DNA of 64,000 nt from Roseimicrobium gellanilyticum (GTDB lineage Bacteria; Verrucomicrobiota; Verrucomicrobiia; Verrucomicrobiales; Verrucomicrobiaceae): positions 131,959-195,958 of the forward strand of contig NZ_QNRR01000013.1 of the NCBI RefSeq assembly GCF_003315205.1. The letters are read 5' to 3'. Each line of letters starts with the position of its first letter. Position 1 is the stretch's first letter. The position numbers and the translations under genes are program-made. The notes beneath the pieces are model-generated. The model made no database searches, had not been told where the DNA came from, and saw nothing but the letters and a program-made list of their open reading frames with translations. This document shows positions 39,802-49,285 of this stretch, one piece after another.

Positions 39802-39993
39802 TCAAGTCGGCAGCGGCGGATACAGGGGCATCATGCGCAGGCCCGCCGGTCCCAAAGTGTGTCGGACCGGGGGTGGCGGCGCGGAAGAAGAGTAGTTTCC
39901 GGTGCTGGCACAGGAGGCCAAGGTGCCTGAGGCCACGACGACCAGCAGCGAGCGAGTTGCCCAGAAGGTGATTTTCGTTTTCATACGAAGCAC
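39802..39993 (-). CDS. Small putative lipoprotein (63 aa).
   Basis: Signal + lipobox (LVVVASGTLASCAS), Pro-rich tail. Weak. Confidence 0.3.
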   Translation of the reverse strand: MLRMKTKITFWATRSLLVVVASGTLASCASTGNYSSSAPPPPVRHTLGPAGLRMMPLYPPLPT

Positions 39994-40142
39994 CTAAAGA
40001 ATCGTCTGTGTGCGTGGCGGTGGTGGCACTGGGTGCCATATGGTCTTTGTAAGTCTGCCGCTTTTCAAAGTGGTGGCTTGGTTGGAGATGGAGCGGTCAA
40101 AAGTCATAGCCGCTGAAGCCCAAGATAACGCCTTATGTCACT

Positions 40143-40350
40143 CCTCTGGTCTATCGCTTGGCGCGCTTGGTACACCGGTGGGGAGCCGCTGCGCCGGCTT
40201 CCTAACTAAAGCGGGCGGAGGCAGGGCGGAGCATCCGGGTGCCGGCAGCTTGCCACGCGCTAGTTCCACACCGCCCCCGCCCACCTAATTTGGAAGCCGG
40301 CGCAGCGGCTCCCCACCGGTTTTTTGGTTGGCACGGTGGTAGACCAGAGG
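40143..40350 (+). repeat. ~208-bp structured element, a MITE-like or ncRNA candidate. Three nested stems: 11-bp terminal inverted repeats (CCTCTGGTCTA / TAGACCAGAGG), a perfect 28-bp IR (40175-40202 / 40292-40319) followed by TTTTTT, and an inner G-rich/C-rich stem.
   Basis: CCGGTGGGGAGCCGCTGCGCCGGCTTCC vs GGAAGCCGGCGCAGCGGCTCCCCACCGG. A U-tract follows on the + strand. Confidence 0.6.
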
Positions 40351-40614
40351 AATGCGCAAGGGTCAGCATCGCTTCTGTATATTCATCTCCTCAATACGTC
40401 CCCGGCAGTGGTGGCAACGGTGGGCGAGGCAGGCCGAGCACGCGATGGGGCGGAGGTGGAAGCCTGGGTGGCGGTAGATCCGCACACGAGGTGACCATGC
40501 CACAGGCCATGCTTAGAAGAAGCAGCCCCGCGGCCCAACGTGCGATGTTAAAATTCGTTCCTCTCATGATGGGGAGGGAATCGCCGGTGCCGCAGCTTGT
40601 GGTGGTAAGCGCGC

Positions 40615-42024
40615 TCAATCGACCGCGTCCTCGTCCAGCACGACGTGCTTGGGCTTGAGCACGAGATAAAGCACCAAGCCGATTGCGATGATGACGCCGG
40701 CGATGAGGGGTGCCCGTTGCGCTGCGACGTTGCTGCTGTCAAAAGCCTGCTTCACCCGAACGACAATCAATGTCGCACAAACCAGAGCGCCCAAGATGGG
40801 CACTGCCACGGGTACTTCGAACTTCCCCTTCGGCTCTCCTTTGCGACGCTTCAGAATAACCAGAGCCACGTTCACCACGGTGAAAACCATCAACAGGAGA
40901 AGCGAAGTGGATTCCGCCAGTTGCTTCACGTCGGCCATCAAGATGAGCGTGGTTACAATCAGGAAGAGAACAACCACCGCAACGTGTGGAGTTCTGCGCT
41001 TGGGATGAATGCGTCCGATCCATGCCGGAAGGAGCCCTTGAGCACTCATGCCGTAGATCAATCTCGATCCCATCAGATAGTTCAGCAGGGCTGTATTGCC
41101 GATGGCGAAAATCGCGACTACGGCGAACACCTTGTCCACATTGGCGAACCATGGCGCCGCAGCCGCAGCCACGTCCACGAGCGGCGATTTGCTGCTGGCC
41201 AGCTTTTCCCATGGCACCACCGACACCGCTGTGATGGCCACTGCCATATAGATGACAGTCGATGCCATCATTGCCACCACGAGTCCGCGAGGAAGATTTC
41301 GCGGGGCATCTTTCACTTCCTCGCTTACATTTAAAATGTCCTCAAATCCGATAAACGAATAGAAGGTAAGCACCGCTCCCTGCAATACCACCAGTGCCAG
41401 AATGCTCTCCGCACCTGATTTGGCGGGAGGAATCTCCAGGTAATTCACGGATCCCCACCAAGGAATGCCCACTGCGAGGATGAATATGAGACCGCTGGCC
41501 TCGACAATGGTGCAGAGGATATTCACCCACATGCTCTCCCGAATGCCGCGATAGATGACGCTGCCAATGATGAATACCACCCCGATGGCAAGCAATTTGA
41601 TGTCCCATCGAACATCGCCTGACTTCCATGCTTCAGTATCCCAACGAAATGCGTGGAACTTTTCCGCCTGCTCAAGGATCGCCTGCGCGCCAGTACCCAT
41701 GCTCGTGAGACCGCTCATCATCACAGCAATGCCGACGACATACGTGAGCCATGCTCTTCCATAAGCACGCTGGGAGACGTAGGCGGCACCCGCAGCGCGA
41801 GGACAACGGCTCCCGACACACGCGTAGCTAAGACCAGTCAACAAGGCGGCGACCATGGCAGCAGCAAACGCCAGCCACACCGCATTCCCCAGCGAATCAG
41901 CAGCCCGCCCAATCAGAGTATAAATCCCCGCGCCCAACATCGAGCCCAGTCCATAGAGGGCCACCTGCCAGAAGCCGAGGGTTTGCTTGAGCTTCGGTCC
42001 TGTGGAGGAGTGGTCGTCCGGCAT
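40615..42024 (-). CDS. APC-superfamily amino acid permease.
   Basis: 12 TM. N-terminal …GSMLGAGIY… motif typical of the APC family. 469 aa. Confidence 0.85.
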   Translation of the reverse strand: MPDDHSSTGPKLKQTLGFWQVALYGLGSMLGAGIYTLIGRAADSLGNAVWLAFAAAMVAALLTGLSYACVGSRCPRAAGAAYVSQRAYGRAWLTYVVGIAVMMSGLTSMGTGAQAILEQAEKFHAFRWDTEAWKSGDVRWDIKLLAIGVVFIIGSVIYRGIRESMWVNILCTIVEASGLIFILAVGIPWWGSVNYLEIPPAKSGAESILALVVLQGAVLTFYSFIGFEDILNVSEEVKDAPRNLPRGLVVAMMASTVIYMAVAITAVSVVPWEKLASSKSPLVDVAAAAAPWFANVDKVFAVVAIFAIGNTALLNYLMGSRLIYGMSAQGLLPAWIGRIHPKRRTPHVAVVVLFLIVTTLILMADVKQLAESTSLLLLMVFTVVNVALVILKRRKGEPKGKFEVPVAVPILGALVCATLIVVRVKQAFDSSNVAAQRAPLIAGVIIAIGLVLYLVLKPKHVVLDEDAVD

Positions 42025-42080
42025 GCGCCCTTATGACAGAGGTTCATTCCTCTGCCAAGCAGAAGGCACGCCACCGAGGG

Positions 42081-43208
42081 CTACACACCTGCCGCAATCG
42101 TCTTGCGCTGCTCTGGAATGGCGCTGTCGATGATGCCATCCGCGGTTTCCTGCTTCAGGCGAAGCTGGCCACACGCCGCCGCGATGTCGTGCCCCTTCTC
42201 CGTGCGGAGCGTGGCCATCACATCATAGGACGCCACGGTGTCGCGGAAGAGTTTCTGCACCTTCTCACTCGGTCGCACCCAGGGGAGACCTTCAACGGTG
42301 TTGTACGGGATGAGATTCACCTTCGCATTGAGACGCGCCGCGACTTCCCCGAGGAGATTCGCCTGCTCGCGGGAATCGTTCACGTCCTTGATGAGGATGA
42401 ACTCAAAGGTGATGTACTGCTTCTTTTTCTCATTCCAGTACTCCAGCGCCTCGAAGAGCTCAGCGAGCGGGTACTTGCGATTCACCGGCATGATGCGGTC
42501 GCGCACAGGGTCGCTGGCACCGTGCAAGGAGATGGCAATGCGAACCTGGAGCGGAAAGTCAGCGAGCTTCTTGATCTGCGGAGCGAGGCCGCTGGTGCTC
42601 ACCGTCATGTGACGGGCACCGATGTTCATGCCCCACTGAGCATTCAGAATCGTGATGGCCTTGGTGACATTCGTGTAGTTCGCCATCGGCTCGCCCATGC
42701 CCATGAAGACGAGATTGTCCACGCGTACGCCGGCGAGCTTTTCCACCTGCACGACCTGCTCCACGATTTCACCCGCGGTCAGATTGCGCGTGAATCCTGC
42801 GAGGCCGCTCGCACAGAATTTGCAGTCATAGGCGCAGCCCACCTGCGAAGACACACACAGCGTGCGGCGATCGGAGCGGCCACCGAGCAGGCCCATGGAG
42901 GCCGGGATGAGCACGGTCTCGATGAAGCGGCCGTCATGCAGCTTGAAGAGGTACTTCCGCGTCGTGTCTTCGGAACCTTCCACCCGCGCGTACTTCATCG
43001 TGCGCAGGCTGAAGCGCTCGGCCAGTGCAGCCTGCAGCGGCTTGGAGAGGCTGGACATCTCCTCAAACGTTTCCGTGCGCTTCCGGTAAACCCACTCCAT
43101 GATCTGCTTCGCGCGGAAGGGCTTCTCATTCCACTCCGCGAGCATGGGCACCAGTTCCTCAGGAGTGGTGGCTAGCAGGGACGGGGGAATGGCAGGGGTG
43201 GACGACAT
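42081..43208 (-). CDS. rlmN: Radical-SAM 23S rRNA (A2503-C2) / tRNA methyltransferase.
   Basis: CVSSQVGCAYDCKFCASG radical-SAM motif. The N- and C-terminal regions are conserved. 375 aa. Confidence 0.9.
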   Translation of the reverse strand: MSSTPAIPPSLLATTPEELVPMLAEWNEKPFRAKQIMEWVYRKRTETFEEMSSLSKPLQAALAERFSLRTMKYARVEGSEDTTRKYLFKLHDGRFIETVLIPASMGLLGGRSDRRTLCVSSQVGCAYDCKFCASGLAGFTRNLTAGEIVEQVVQVEKLAGVRVDNLVFMGMGEPMANYTNVTKAITILNAQWGMNIGARHMTVSTSGLAPQIKKLADFPLQVRIAISLHGASDPVRDRIMPVNRKYPLAELFEALEYWNEKKKQYITFEFILIKDVNDSREQANLLGEVAARLNAKVNLIPYNTVEGLPWVRPSEKVQKLFRDTVASYDVMATLRTEKGHDIAAACGQLRLKQETADGIIDSAIPEQRKTIAAGV

Positions 43209-43309
43209 GAGCAGGGTAGTTTACCCCAGATTGACCGGGGTGCAAAAAGGAAGGCACCTCCGGAGAGGTGCCTTTCGGGGAAACAGGAGCTTGCGCTTCT
43301 GTATGAGGC

Positions 43310-43795
43310 TCAGTCACCGCGTGAGCGGCCTTTGCTGTCCCCCTTGCTGGAGGACTTGCTGCTGGAGCCGGAGCTCTTCTTGCTGGAAGAAGAACTGCTG
43401 CTGCTCATGTTGCTGTGCTGGACGCGCTTCTCCCGGCTGGAGTGGTAGTGGTCACCATGGGCGTAGCCTTTGCCGGGCACGTAGTTGGGACCACGACTGG
43501 AGGACGAAGACGAGGACTTCTTGTAGTAGTGCTTGTGGTCATCATGGTCGTGATGATCGTGGTCATGGTAATTGCGACGGTAGTAGGAGCTGCCGTAGTA
43601 CCCGCCATAGTAGCCTCCTCCCCCGTAATAGCCGGGGTAGTAGGAGCTGCGCGGGTAGTAGCCGCCTCCGCCGTAGTAGCCACCGTCATAGTAACCGCCG
43701 TCGTTGTAGGCGTAGGGATCAACCACACAACTTGAGAGGAGCAGGGAAAGACCCGCCAGAGTGAGGAGGGAAAGCTTCGCGTAGAGGGATTTCAT
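43310..43795 (-). CDS. Low-complexity lipoprotein: (G)YY repeats, an HDHDHHDHDDH histidine/aspartate block, and Ser-rich tracts.
   Basis: Lipobox LSLLLSSC after MKSLYAKLSLLTLAG (ATG 43795). Composition is strongly biased to G/Y/S/H/D. Confidence 0.55.
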   Translation of the reverse strand: MKSLYAKLSLLTLAGLSLLLSSCVVDPYAYNDGGYYDGGYYGGGGYYPRSSYYPGYYGGGGYYGGYYGSSYYRRNYHDHDHHDHDDHKHYYKKSSSSSSSRGPNYVPGKGYAHGDHYHSSREKRVQHSNMSSSSSSSSKKSSGSSSKSSSKGDSKGRSRGD

Positions 43796-43882
43796 GTTCG
43801 TAAGGGGTTTGGACGCGAGGATGGATAAAACATTCAAATACAGATCGAAACCCCAGCGTCAGTCGGGCGGGTCTTCGGAAAA

Positions 43883-44953
43883 TCAGGAGGAGAGGTGCAT
43901 CCAGTCCGGATTGGCCTCCGCAAATTTCGCCACCTCGGAAAAGATGGCGTCGCGGCGGATTTCCGGCTGCCATCCCCAGAGGGAGCGGGCCTTGCTGTCA
44001 TCCAGCGCCAGCCAGGCAATGTCGAAGGGGCGCTCACTCCCATCCTCCTGAACCTCATTGCGATAACCAAAGTGCTGCTCACACCAGGCGCTGAGCTCCG
44101 CCAGGGAGAAGGTGCTCTCCGGGCCGCCGGCCACATTCAGCACCCGAGGCCGGTCCTCCGCCTCACCCTGCTGGATCTGGCTGAACACAAGGCCCGCAAC
44201 ATCATCGGGATGAACCACATCCCGAACCTGCCACCCCTTCCCGCCGAAGCCAAGGTACCGGAGACGCCGACTCTCCCGCCAGGAGTGAATCCAGAAGGCC
44301 ACGATGCCCTGGTCTGCCCGGCCAAACTGGCCTGCACCGGCCATGACGCCGCAGCGGTTGATGTGCACGGGGAGGTCGAAGGCGCTCGCGTATTCCAGCG
44401 CCAGATCCTCGCTCATCTTCTTGCTCACGCCATAAAGAGAGAGGGGCGGCGTGGTGGAGAAGTCCTCCGTCACGCCCCGAGCGGAGACGCCAACCGGCAA
44501 GCTTTGCTCTTCATCCAGCACAAAGCGGCTGCCCTTCTGCGCAACTGGCAGGGAGGCGAGCGGTCCTACGCCATACACGCGGCTGGTGCTCAGCAGCACA
44601 AAGCCCGCCGACTGGCGGCGGCAGAACTCCAGCATGTTCACCGTACCCTGGAGGTTGTGCTCGATGACCTGGCGACTGCTGCTCAGGCCATCCACACCAG
44701 CCAACACGCTCGGGTTCGCCGCGGCGTCGATGACCCAGTCCACGGGCGGCAGGTTGTCGAAGTCACTGGCACAGCGCACGTCGCCGTGGAAGAAACCCAC
44801 GCCGAGGTCCTTCAGCACAGGGCGGTTCCGCTCACTGCCCATGCGGCAGAGATTGTCCATGCCCAGCAGGGTCCAGCCCTCCGTGCTCTCCCGCAGACGG
44901 CGCAGAATCCGGCTTCCGACAAATCCACAAGCTCCTGTGACCAATACTCTCAT
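43883..44953 (-). CDS. NAD-dependent epimerase/dehydratase (extended SDR).
   Basis: VLVTGACGFVGS Rossmann motif. Y-x-x-x-K region. 356 aa. Confidence 0.8.
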   Translation of the reverse strand: MRVLVTGACGFVGSRILRRLRESTEGWTLLGMDNLCRMGSERNRPVLKDLGVGFFHGDVRCASDFDNLPPVDWVIDAAANPSVLAGVDGLSSSRQVIEHNLQGTVNMLEFCRRQSAGFVLLSTSRVYGVGPLASLPVAQKGSRFVLDEEQSLPVGVSARGVTEDFSTTPPLSLYGVSKKMSEDLALEYASAFDLPVHINRCGVMAGAGQFGRADQGIVAFWIHSWRESRRLRYLGFGGKGWQVRDVVHPDDVAGLVFSQIQQGEAEDRPRVLNVAGGPESTFSLAELSAWCEQHFGYRNEVQEDGSERPFDIAWLALDDSKARSLWGWQPEIRRDAIFSEVAKFAEANPDWMHLSS

Positions 44954-45129
44954 GCTGCGCCGATGGTGGCGTAGGCATGGCGGGCGTCAATGAAGAAGCC
45001 GGGAATCCCACGTCATGTCCCGTGAGACACCTGCCAGAGTCACGTTGCCTGCCTGCCACGATCCTCCTTTGCGACTTCGCTGCTTTGCGATAGAACTCTC
45101 AAGTCGCTCATTCCCCACCCTCTGCAACC

Positions 45130-45504
45130 ATGGCCGCCCCTGCAAAGCCACAAAGCGTGACGGAGTACATTGATGATGCTGCGCCGGAGGCCCGGAAGCG
45201 TTTGCGTGAAATGCGTGCCTGTCTTCGCAAGGCGGCGCCGGGTGCGGAGGAGAGCCTGAAGTGGGGAGTACCGGCATTTTCATATGAGCGCATCCTGTTC
45301 ACGTATGCGGCGTTCAAGAAACATGTGAGCCTGTTCCCCACGCCCGCAGTGTTGAAGGTCTTTGCAAAAGAACTCTCCGGCTACAAGACCTCAAGCAGCA
45401 CGGTCCAATTTCCCTTGGACAAACCTCTTCCCGTGGATCTCATTCACCGCATTGCGCTGCTTCGCGTGAAGGAGTGCACGGAAAACGATGCGAAGTGGAT
45501 GTAG
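45130..45504 (+). CDS. DUF1801 (YdhG-like) domain protein.
   Basis: …ESLKWGVPAF…VSLFP… pattern typical of DUF1801. 124 aa. Confidence 0.6.
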   Translation: MAAPAKPQSVTEYIDDAAPEARKRLREMRACLRKAAPGAEESLKWGVPAFSYERILFTYAAFKKHVSLFPTPAVLKVFAKELSGYKTSSSTVQFPLDKPLPVDLIHRIALLRVKECTENDAKWM

Positions 45505-45544
45505 CTGAAAGCGGCAGTGCCTCCGGAACCTCACCGAATCTCAT

Positions 45545-46129
45545 ATGAGCACACCTTCACGTTTCGCCACGAGGGCTCTTTTCGCTCCGGTCATCGTGCT
45601 TTCATGCATGCTTGTCTTCAGTTCGAAAGCGAAGGCTGGGTGGGATGTATCCCAAACGGCCGCCAGGGAGAGCCATGGGCTGCCTGCGCAGGTGGTATTC
45701 GTGTGGGTGCCAGGCCCGGCGGCGGAATACCCCACCATGGCAGTGGCACTCCAGGACGTCGCGGACGACGGGAAGCTGAACCAGCTCCGACTGCTCTCCG
45801 TGACAAAACTGCTTTCAGATGACAACTTCCAGAAGGAGGTCTTCCAACAGCTTGAAGCCATCGCCCCGAAGGATCTGAAGGAAGCCCTCGAGTCAGCGGG
45901 GAACATGCACAATCCCAAGATGACGGCACTGCGCCCAAGCTTTGAGAAAGCAGTGCTGACCACGCCCACGGTGTTGCGGTTCAAGGAAGACCTTGCGCGC
46001 CACCAGTTGGAGATTGCCGGGGCATCGTGTGAGAAGTTTTCGTTCGCGACTACTGGAGGCTCCAAACGCGTCTTCGGCTTCTTGACGTTGACCCTTGCCG
46101 GGGCTTCGAACAAGGCGCCCGCGCCCTGA
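45545..46129 (+). CDS. Hypothetical secreted protein.
   Basis: Signal peptide. No recognisable domain. Confidence 0.4.
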   Translation: MSTPSRFATRALFAPVIVLSCMLVFSSKAKAGWDVSQTAARESHGLPAQVVFVWVPGPAAEYPTMAVALQDVADDGKLNQLRLLSVTKLLSDDNFQKEVFQQLEAIAPKDLKEALESAGNMHNPKMTALRPSFEKAVLTTPTVLRFKEDLARHQLEIAGASCEKFSFATTGGSKRVFGFLTLTLAGASNKAPAP

Positions 46130-46179
46130 GCACGGCCTTCTCGTCACTTCCCGCTTCGGACAGGCAGCCACCACCACCA

Positions 46180-46545
46180 ATGCCCTCTCCCCACTTCACC
46201 TCTGTCATGCCAAGCGTGCCTGTCGCGGAACTGCCGCGCGCGGTCGCCTTCTACGCCGAGAATCTCGGCTTTGAGGTCGAATTCCAGAATGGCACCACCT
46301 ACGCCATTGTGTCGCGCGACGGCATCCAGCTTGGGATTGGCGCGCCGCCCATCTCCACAGTGCCGGCAGGTCATGGGCGCTGCTACTTCAAGCTCTCCAC
46401 CGGCATCGATGAACTGTACGAGGGTTATCGTTCCCGCGGGGTGACAATAATTCACGAGCTGCGCGATGAGAGCTACGGCATGAGGGAGTTCATGATTTCC
46501 GATCTGGATGGGAACCAGATCAATTTTGGCCAACCGCTGCCGTAG
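46180..46545 (+). CDS. VOC-family (glyoxalase / bleomycin-resistance-like) protein.
   Basis: Paired beta-alpha-beta-beta-beta modules. …FYAENLGFEV… N-terminal motif. 121 aa. Confidence 0.7.
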   Translation: MPSPHFTSVMPSVPVAELPRAVAFYAENLGFEVEFQNGTTYAIVSRDGIQLGIGAPPISTVPAGHGRCYFKLSTGIDELYEGYRSRGVTIIHELRDESYGMREFMISDLDGNQINFGQPLP

Positions 46546-46608
46546 GAACCCAGCTTCCGCATTCCTTTCGGTTGAGCGAACGCGAGATGCGTCTAGCCTC
46601 GGCGCTTC

Positions 46609-48396
46609 ATGACTTCGCCAAACCGGAAACCGCTGCTCAGCAGGCTGCTGTTTGTCCTGGGCTGGACGCTGGCGTGGTCGCCGGCTTTGCTCATTCTCAC
46701 CATGCTGCTGCCTCTCCGGGTGCCGGTGCCCTTCGAGGATGCGTGGGCATTCGTGAAACAGTATCGCGATTGGTGGGAGGGTGACTATGGCTGGCGCGAG
46801 TTCCTTGCGCCGCACAACAACCACCCTTCCGCTTCGGGGAAGGTGTTCTACTTCATCGCACTTCACTGGCTGGGTGGTGACGTGGGTGTGCTGCCGCTCG
46901 TAGCATGGGCATTCTCCCTCATCATCGCCGTATCCGTGTGGGTGATGGCACGCTCGCTCTGGATGGGGCGTTCATCACGCGGGATGCTGCTGATGTTCTG
47001 TGCGAATCTCACCATCTTCACGGCAGCGCAGGGGCATTCGTGGGTGTGGGACTTCGTGTTTCAGAACTTCATTCCAGGAATGGCTTTCTGCGCCGCGCTG
47101 GCCACCTTGTGGAAATGGCCGGGGTCATGGTCTGCCCTCGTCGTGGCGTGGTGTCTTTCCATCATGGCCACATTCTCCTTCGGCACGGGGTTTCTCGCCG
47201 GGCTGCTGCTGACACCGATGGTGGCAATGCATTTCCGGGAGAAGCCCCTGGCGTGGCGTGGCGCGGTCACCGCGATCTGGTTGCTGCTGACAGGTGGCGC
47301 GGCCTTTCTCGCGCTCTCTGCCTTTGGCGAAGCGACCTACACCGGGGATGAATCCCGCGTTGGCAGCCTGTTGGAGCAGCCCGTACTCTTGGCACAATTT
47401 GTCCTCGTCCTGCTGGGCTATCTGCTCGGTAATGGCACCACCATGGAACCGGCCCTGCTCTGCGCTCTCGCCGGACTGGGGCTTGTCGTCATCCTGCTGG
47501 CATGCGTCTTTCGCGTGTGGCAGCTGCGCAAGGAGCCGGGCATGGTCCAGGCAGCCATGCCCTGGGTGCTGACGACCCTCTTTGGGTTGCTCAATGCCGG
47601 ACTCATCAGCTACGGAAGGCTGCGGTCGTCAATGATTTCCGCGATGGCTCCCCGGTATGTGACGTTCACGCTCTTCTTCACCCTGGGTGTGCTCCTGCTG
47701 GCAGCGGTCGTCGCGGTACGCGACAAGCCTTCAGGCTGGTTCCGCGTTGGCATGCGGCGCGCGGGGCTGTTGCTGGTGGGGGGACTCATTGCCCTGCACG
47801 TGGTGAACTGGAATCATGGCTGGCAACACATGAAGTGGGAGCACGAGCGGATGCAGCAGGACCGGGCGCTGCTCTCCTTTGCCAAGGTGCTGCCGCTGGA
47901 CCCGGAGGTGATGTGGCAGAATCTCGACCACAAAGATCTGACGACGCGGCTGGCCCTGTTCCTTCATGAGCATGACCGATTGAAGAGCGTGCGCCTGGTA
48001 AAGGGCGTGGCCATCACGGATTTCCGTCGCGGCTCCCCACTGCCGGACAAATGGGCCTGGCTGGAAGCGCCCGTGGTGCACGAGGGTGTGATGCATCTCA
48101 GCGGCGCCTGTGGCGTCTCCAAGGACATGGTCAGCCTTCCGGAACTTGTGCTCATCACCGCCCAGTCGGCGGATGCGGGCGAGAGCGTGGTCTCGTTTGC
48201 CACACCGCGACAGCCTTTCGACTTCTATGAGAATGAATGGCTGCGACGCCAGCATCCGGGGCACTACTTCGGCTGGGCGCGAGAGCTCCCTGTGTCGAGA
48301 TTTCCGAAGGGGAAGGTCACGGTCCGCGCGTATGGGTATTGGATGAAGGGATTCACCGTGCGGGCGCTGGACCGGGAGCATGTGATTGACCTTTGA
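46609..48396 (+). CDS. Polytopic membrane protein with a C-terminal soluble domain (GT-C-like architecture). Paralog of 54011-56041.
   Basis: About 11 TM segments. First-loop acidic motif PFEDAWAF. Shared motifs with the paralog (APRY…; …HG(W)QH(M)…W…R; P(L/V)(D/N)P…). Confidence 0.65.
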   Translation: MTSPNRKPLLSRLLFVLGWTLAWSPALLILTMLLPLRVPVPFEDAWAFVKQYRDWWEGDYGWREFLAPHNNHPSASGKVFYFIALHWLGGDVGVLPLVAWAFSLIIAVSVWVMARSLWMGRSSRGMLLMFCANLTIFTAAQGHSWVWDFVFQNFIPGMAFCAALATLWKWPGSWSALVVAWCLSIMATFSFGTGFLAGLLLTPMVAMHFREKPLAWRGAVTAIWLLLTGGAAFLALSAFGEATYTGDESRVGSLLEQPVLLAQFVLVLLGYLLGNGTTMEPALLCALAGLGLVVILLACVFRVWQLRKEPGMVQAAMPWVLTTLFGLLNAGLISYGRLRSSMISAMAPRYVTFTLFFTLGVLLLAAVVAVRDKPSGWFRVGMRRAGLLLVGGLIALHVVNWNHGWQHMKWEHERMQQDRALLSFAKVLPLDPEVMWQNLDHKDLTTRLALFLHEHDRLKSVRLVKGVAITDFRRGSPLPDKWAWLEAPVVHEGVMHLSGACGVSKDMVSLPELVLITAQSADAGESVVSFATPRQPFDFYENEWLRRQHPGHYFGWARELPVSRFPKGKVTVRAYGYWMKGFTVRALDREHVIDL

Positions 48397-48561
48397 CGTC
48401 CTTCTCGTGTCGACGAGTCCGAGACTATCGTTTTCTCCCAAGCGCCATAATGGCATTGACACGCCCCTCCCCTTTCTCAAACATCCATGCACCTGAGTGT
48501 TCGCCGGGAAACCTTTCCGGGAAGTGGCGCAGCGTCTGCTCTTACGGAGCGCCGATGCGGC

Positions 48562-49107
48562 ATGCCTGGCATCATCACAGTTCCAGCCGCCACCGTGAAA
48601 CCCGTTCCAACATCTGACAACCGCTATGGGGGAGGCCGTCCGCCGAAGTTTGACGAGCCCAGCCGTCCCATCACGGTCACGTTGCCGGAAAGCACGCTGC
48701 AGGGACTCCAGAAGATCGACCCCGACCGCGGTCGTGCGATCGTGCGCCTGACTCAGGAAGCGCTGCGTGATCAGGAACAGGAGCAACCGCTCGTGGAAGT
48801 GCTGGAGATGGCGCCCAATACCGGGCTCATTGTCGTTGGCCCCAGTCTCACGCTACAGCGCATCCCGTTTCTCCATCTGGTGGAAGTGTCCCCAACCCGT
48901 TTCCTCATCGCACTGGATACCGGCAACGATTACCGTGCGCTGGAACTGGCTGTCAGGGACATCTTGGAGGAAGTGCCAGCCGCTGAAACTCGGGAGCGCG
49001 CCCTGCTCAACCAGCTTCTGGATGTCACCAAGAAGCTCCGCCAAAGCGAGCGGGTCAGCATGGCTGAAATCCTGCTGGTGAAGTTGGACGGCAAGCGCAA
49101 GCGCTGA
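48562..49107 (+). CDS. Hypothetical protein.
   Basis: ORF in the right orientation between membrane paralog A and the PSCyt gene. No domain recognised. Confidence 0.35.
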   Translation: MPGIITVPAATVKPVPTSDNRYGGGRPPKFDEPSRPITVTLPESTLQGLQKIDPDRGRAIVRLTQEALRDQEQEQPLVEVLEMAPNTGLIVVGPSLTLQRIPFLHLVEVSPTRFLIALDTGNDYRALELAVRDILEEVPAAETRERALLNQLLDVTKKLRQSERVSMAEILLVKLDGKRKR

Positions 49108-49285
49108 CGTCCCGCTTCCGTTTGAGCACCACCCTCGACAGGCAAAAATCCTTTTTTTGCTTTTCTTTGCTTCGCTTGGCGGCAATTTCTACGTAAAAAT
49201 ACAGCAAAGTTTTCTATTTCTAAGTAGAAATTCGTGGTGGATAAGCCATAGAAACGTAGCATCGTCCATCCCCGCCGCTCGTCTC
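49108..49285 (+). promoter_or_regulatory. Unusually AT-rich promoter region with three copies of a TTTCTAcGTA-like motif, two of them forming a 12-bp IR (AATTTCTACGTA / TAAGTAGAAATT).
   Basis: 49184-49195, 49221-49232 and 49247-49260. Local GC is far below the genome background. Confidence 0.45.

Noticed and set aside
40010-40658. ORFs of 92 aa and 139 aa on the + strand across the nested-IR element.
   Set aside because: Gly/Pro/Ala/Arg-rich translations of G/C runs within inverted repeats. More likely non-coding.
43405-43735. Thr/Ala/Val-rich ORFs on both strands inside the low-complexity lipoprotein gene.
   Set aside because: Alternate frames of repetitive DNA. The lipoprotein frame has a lipobox and a coherent signal peptide.
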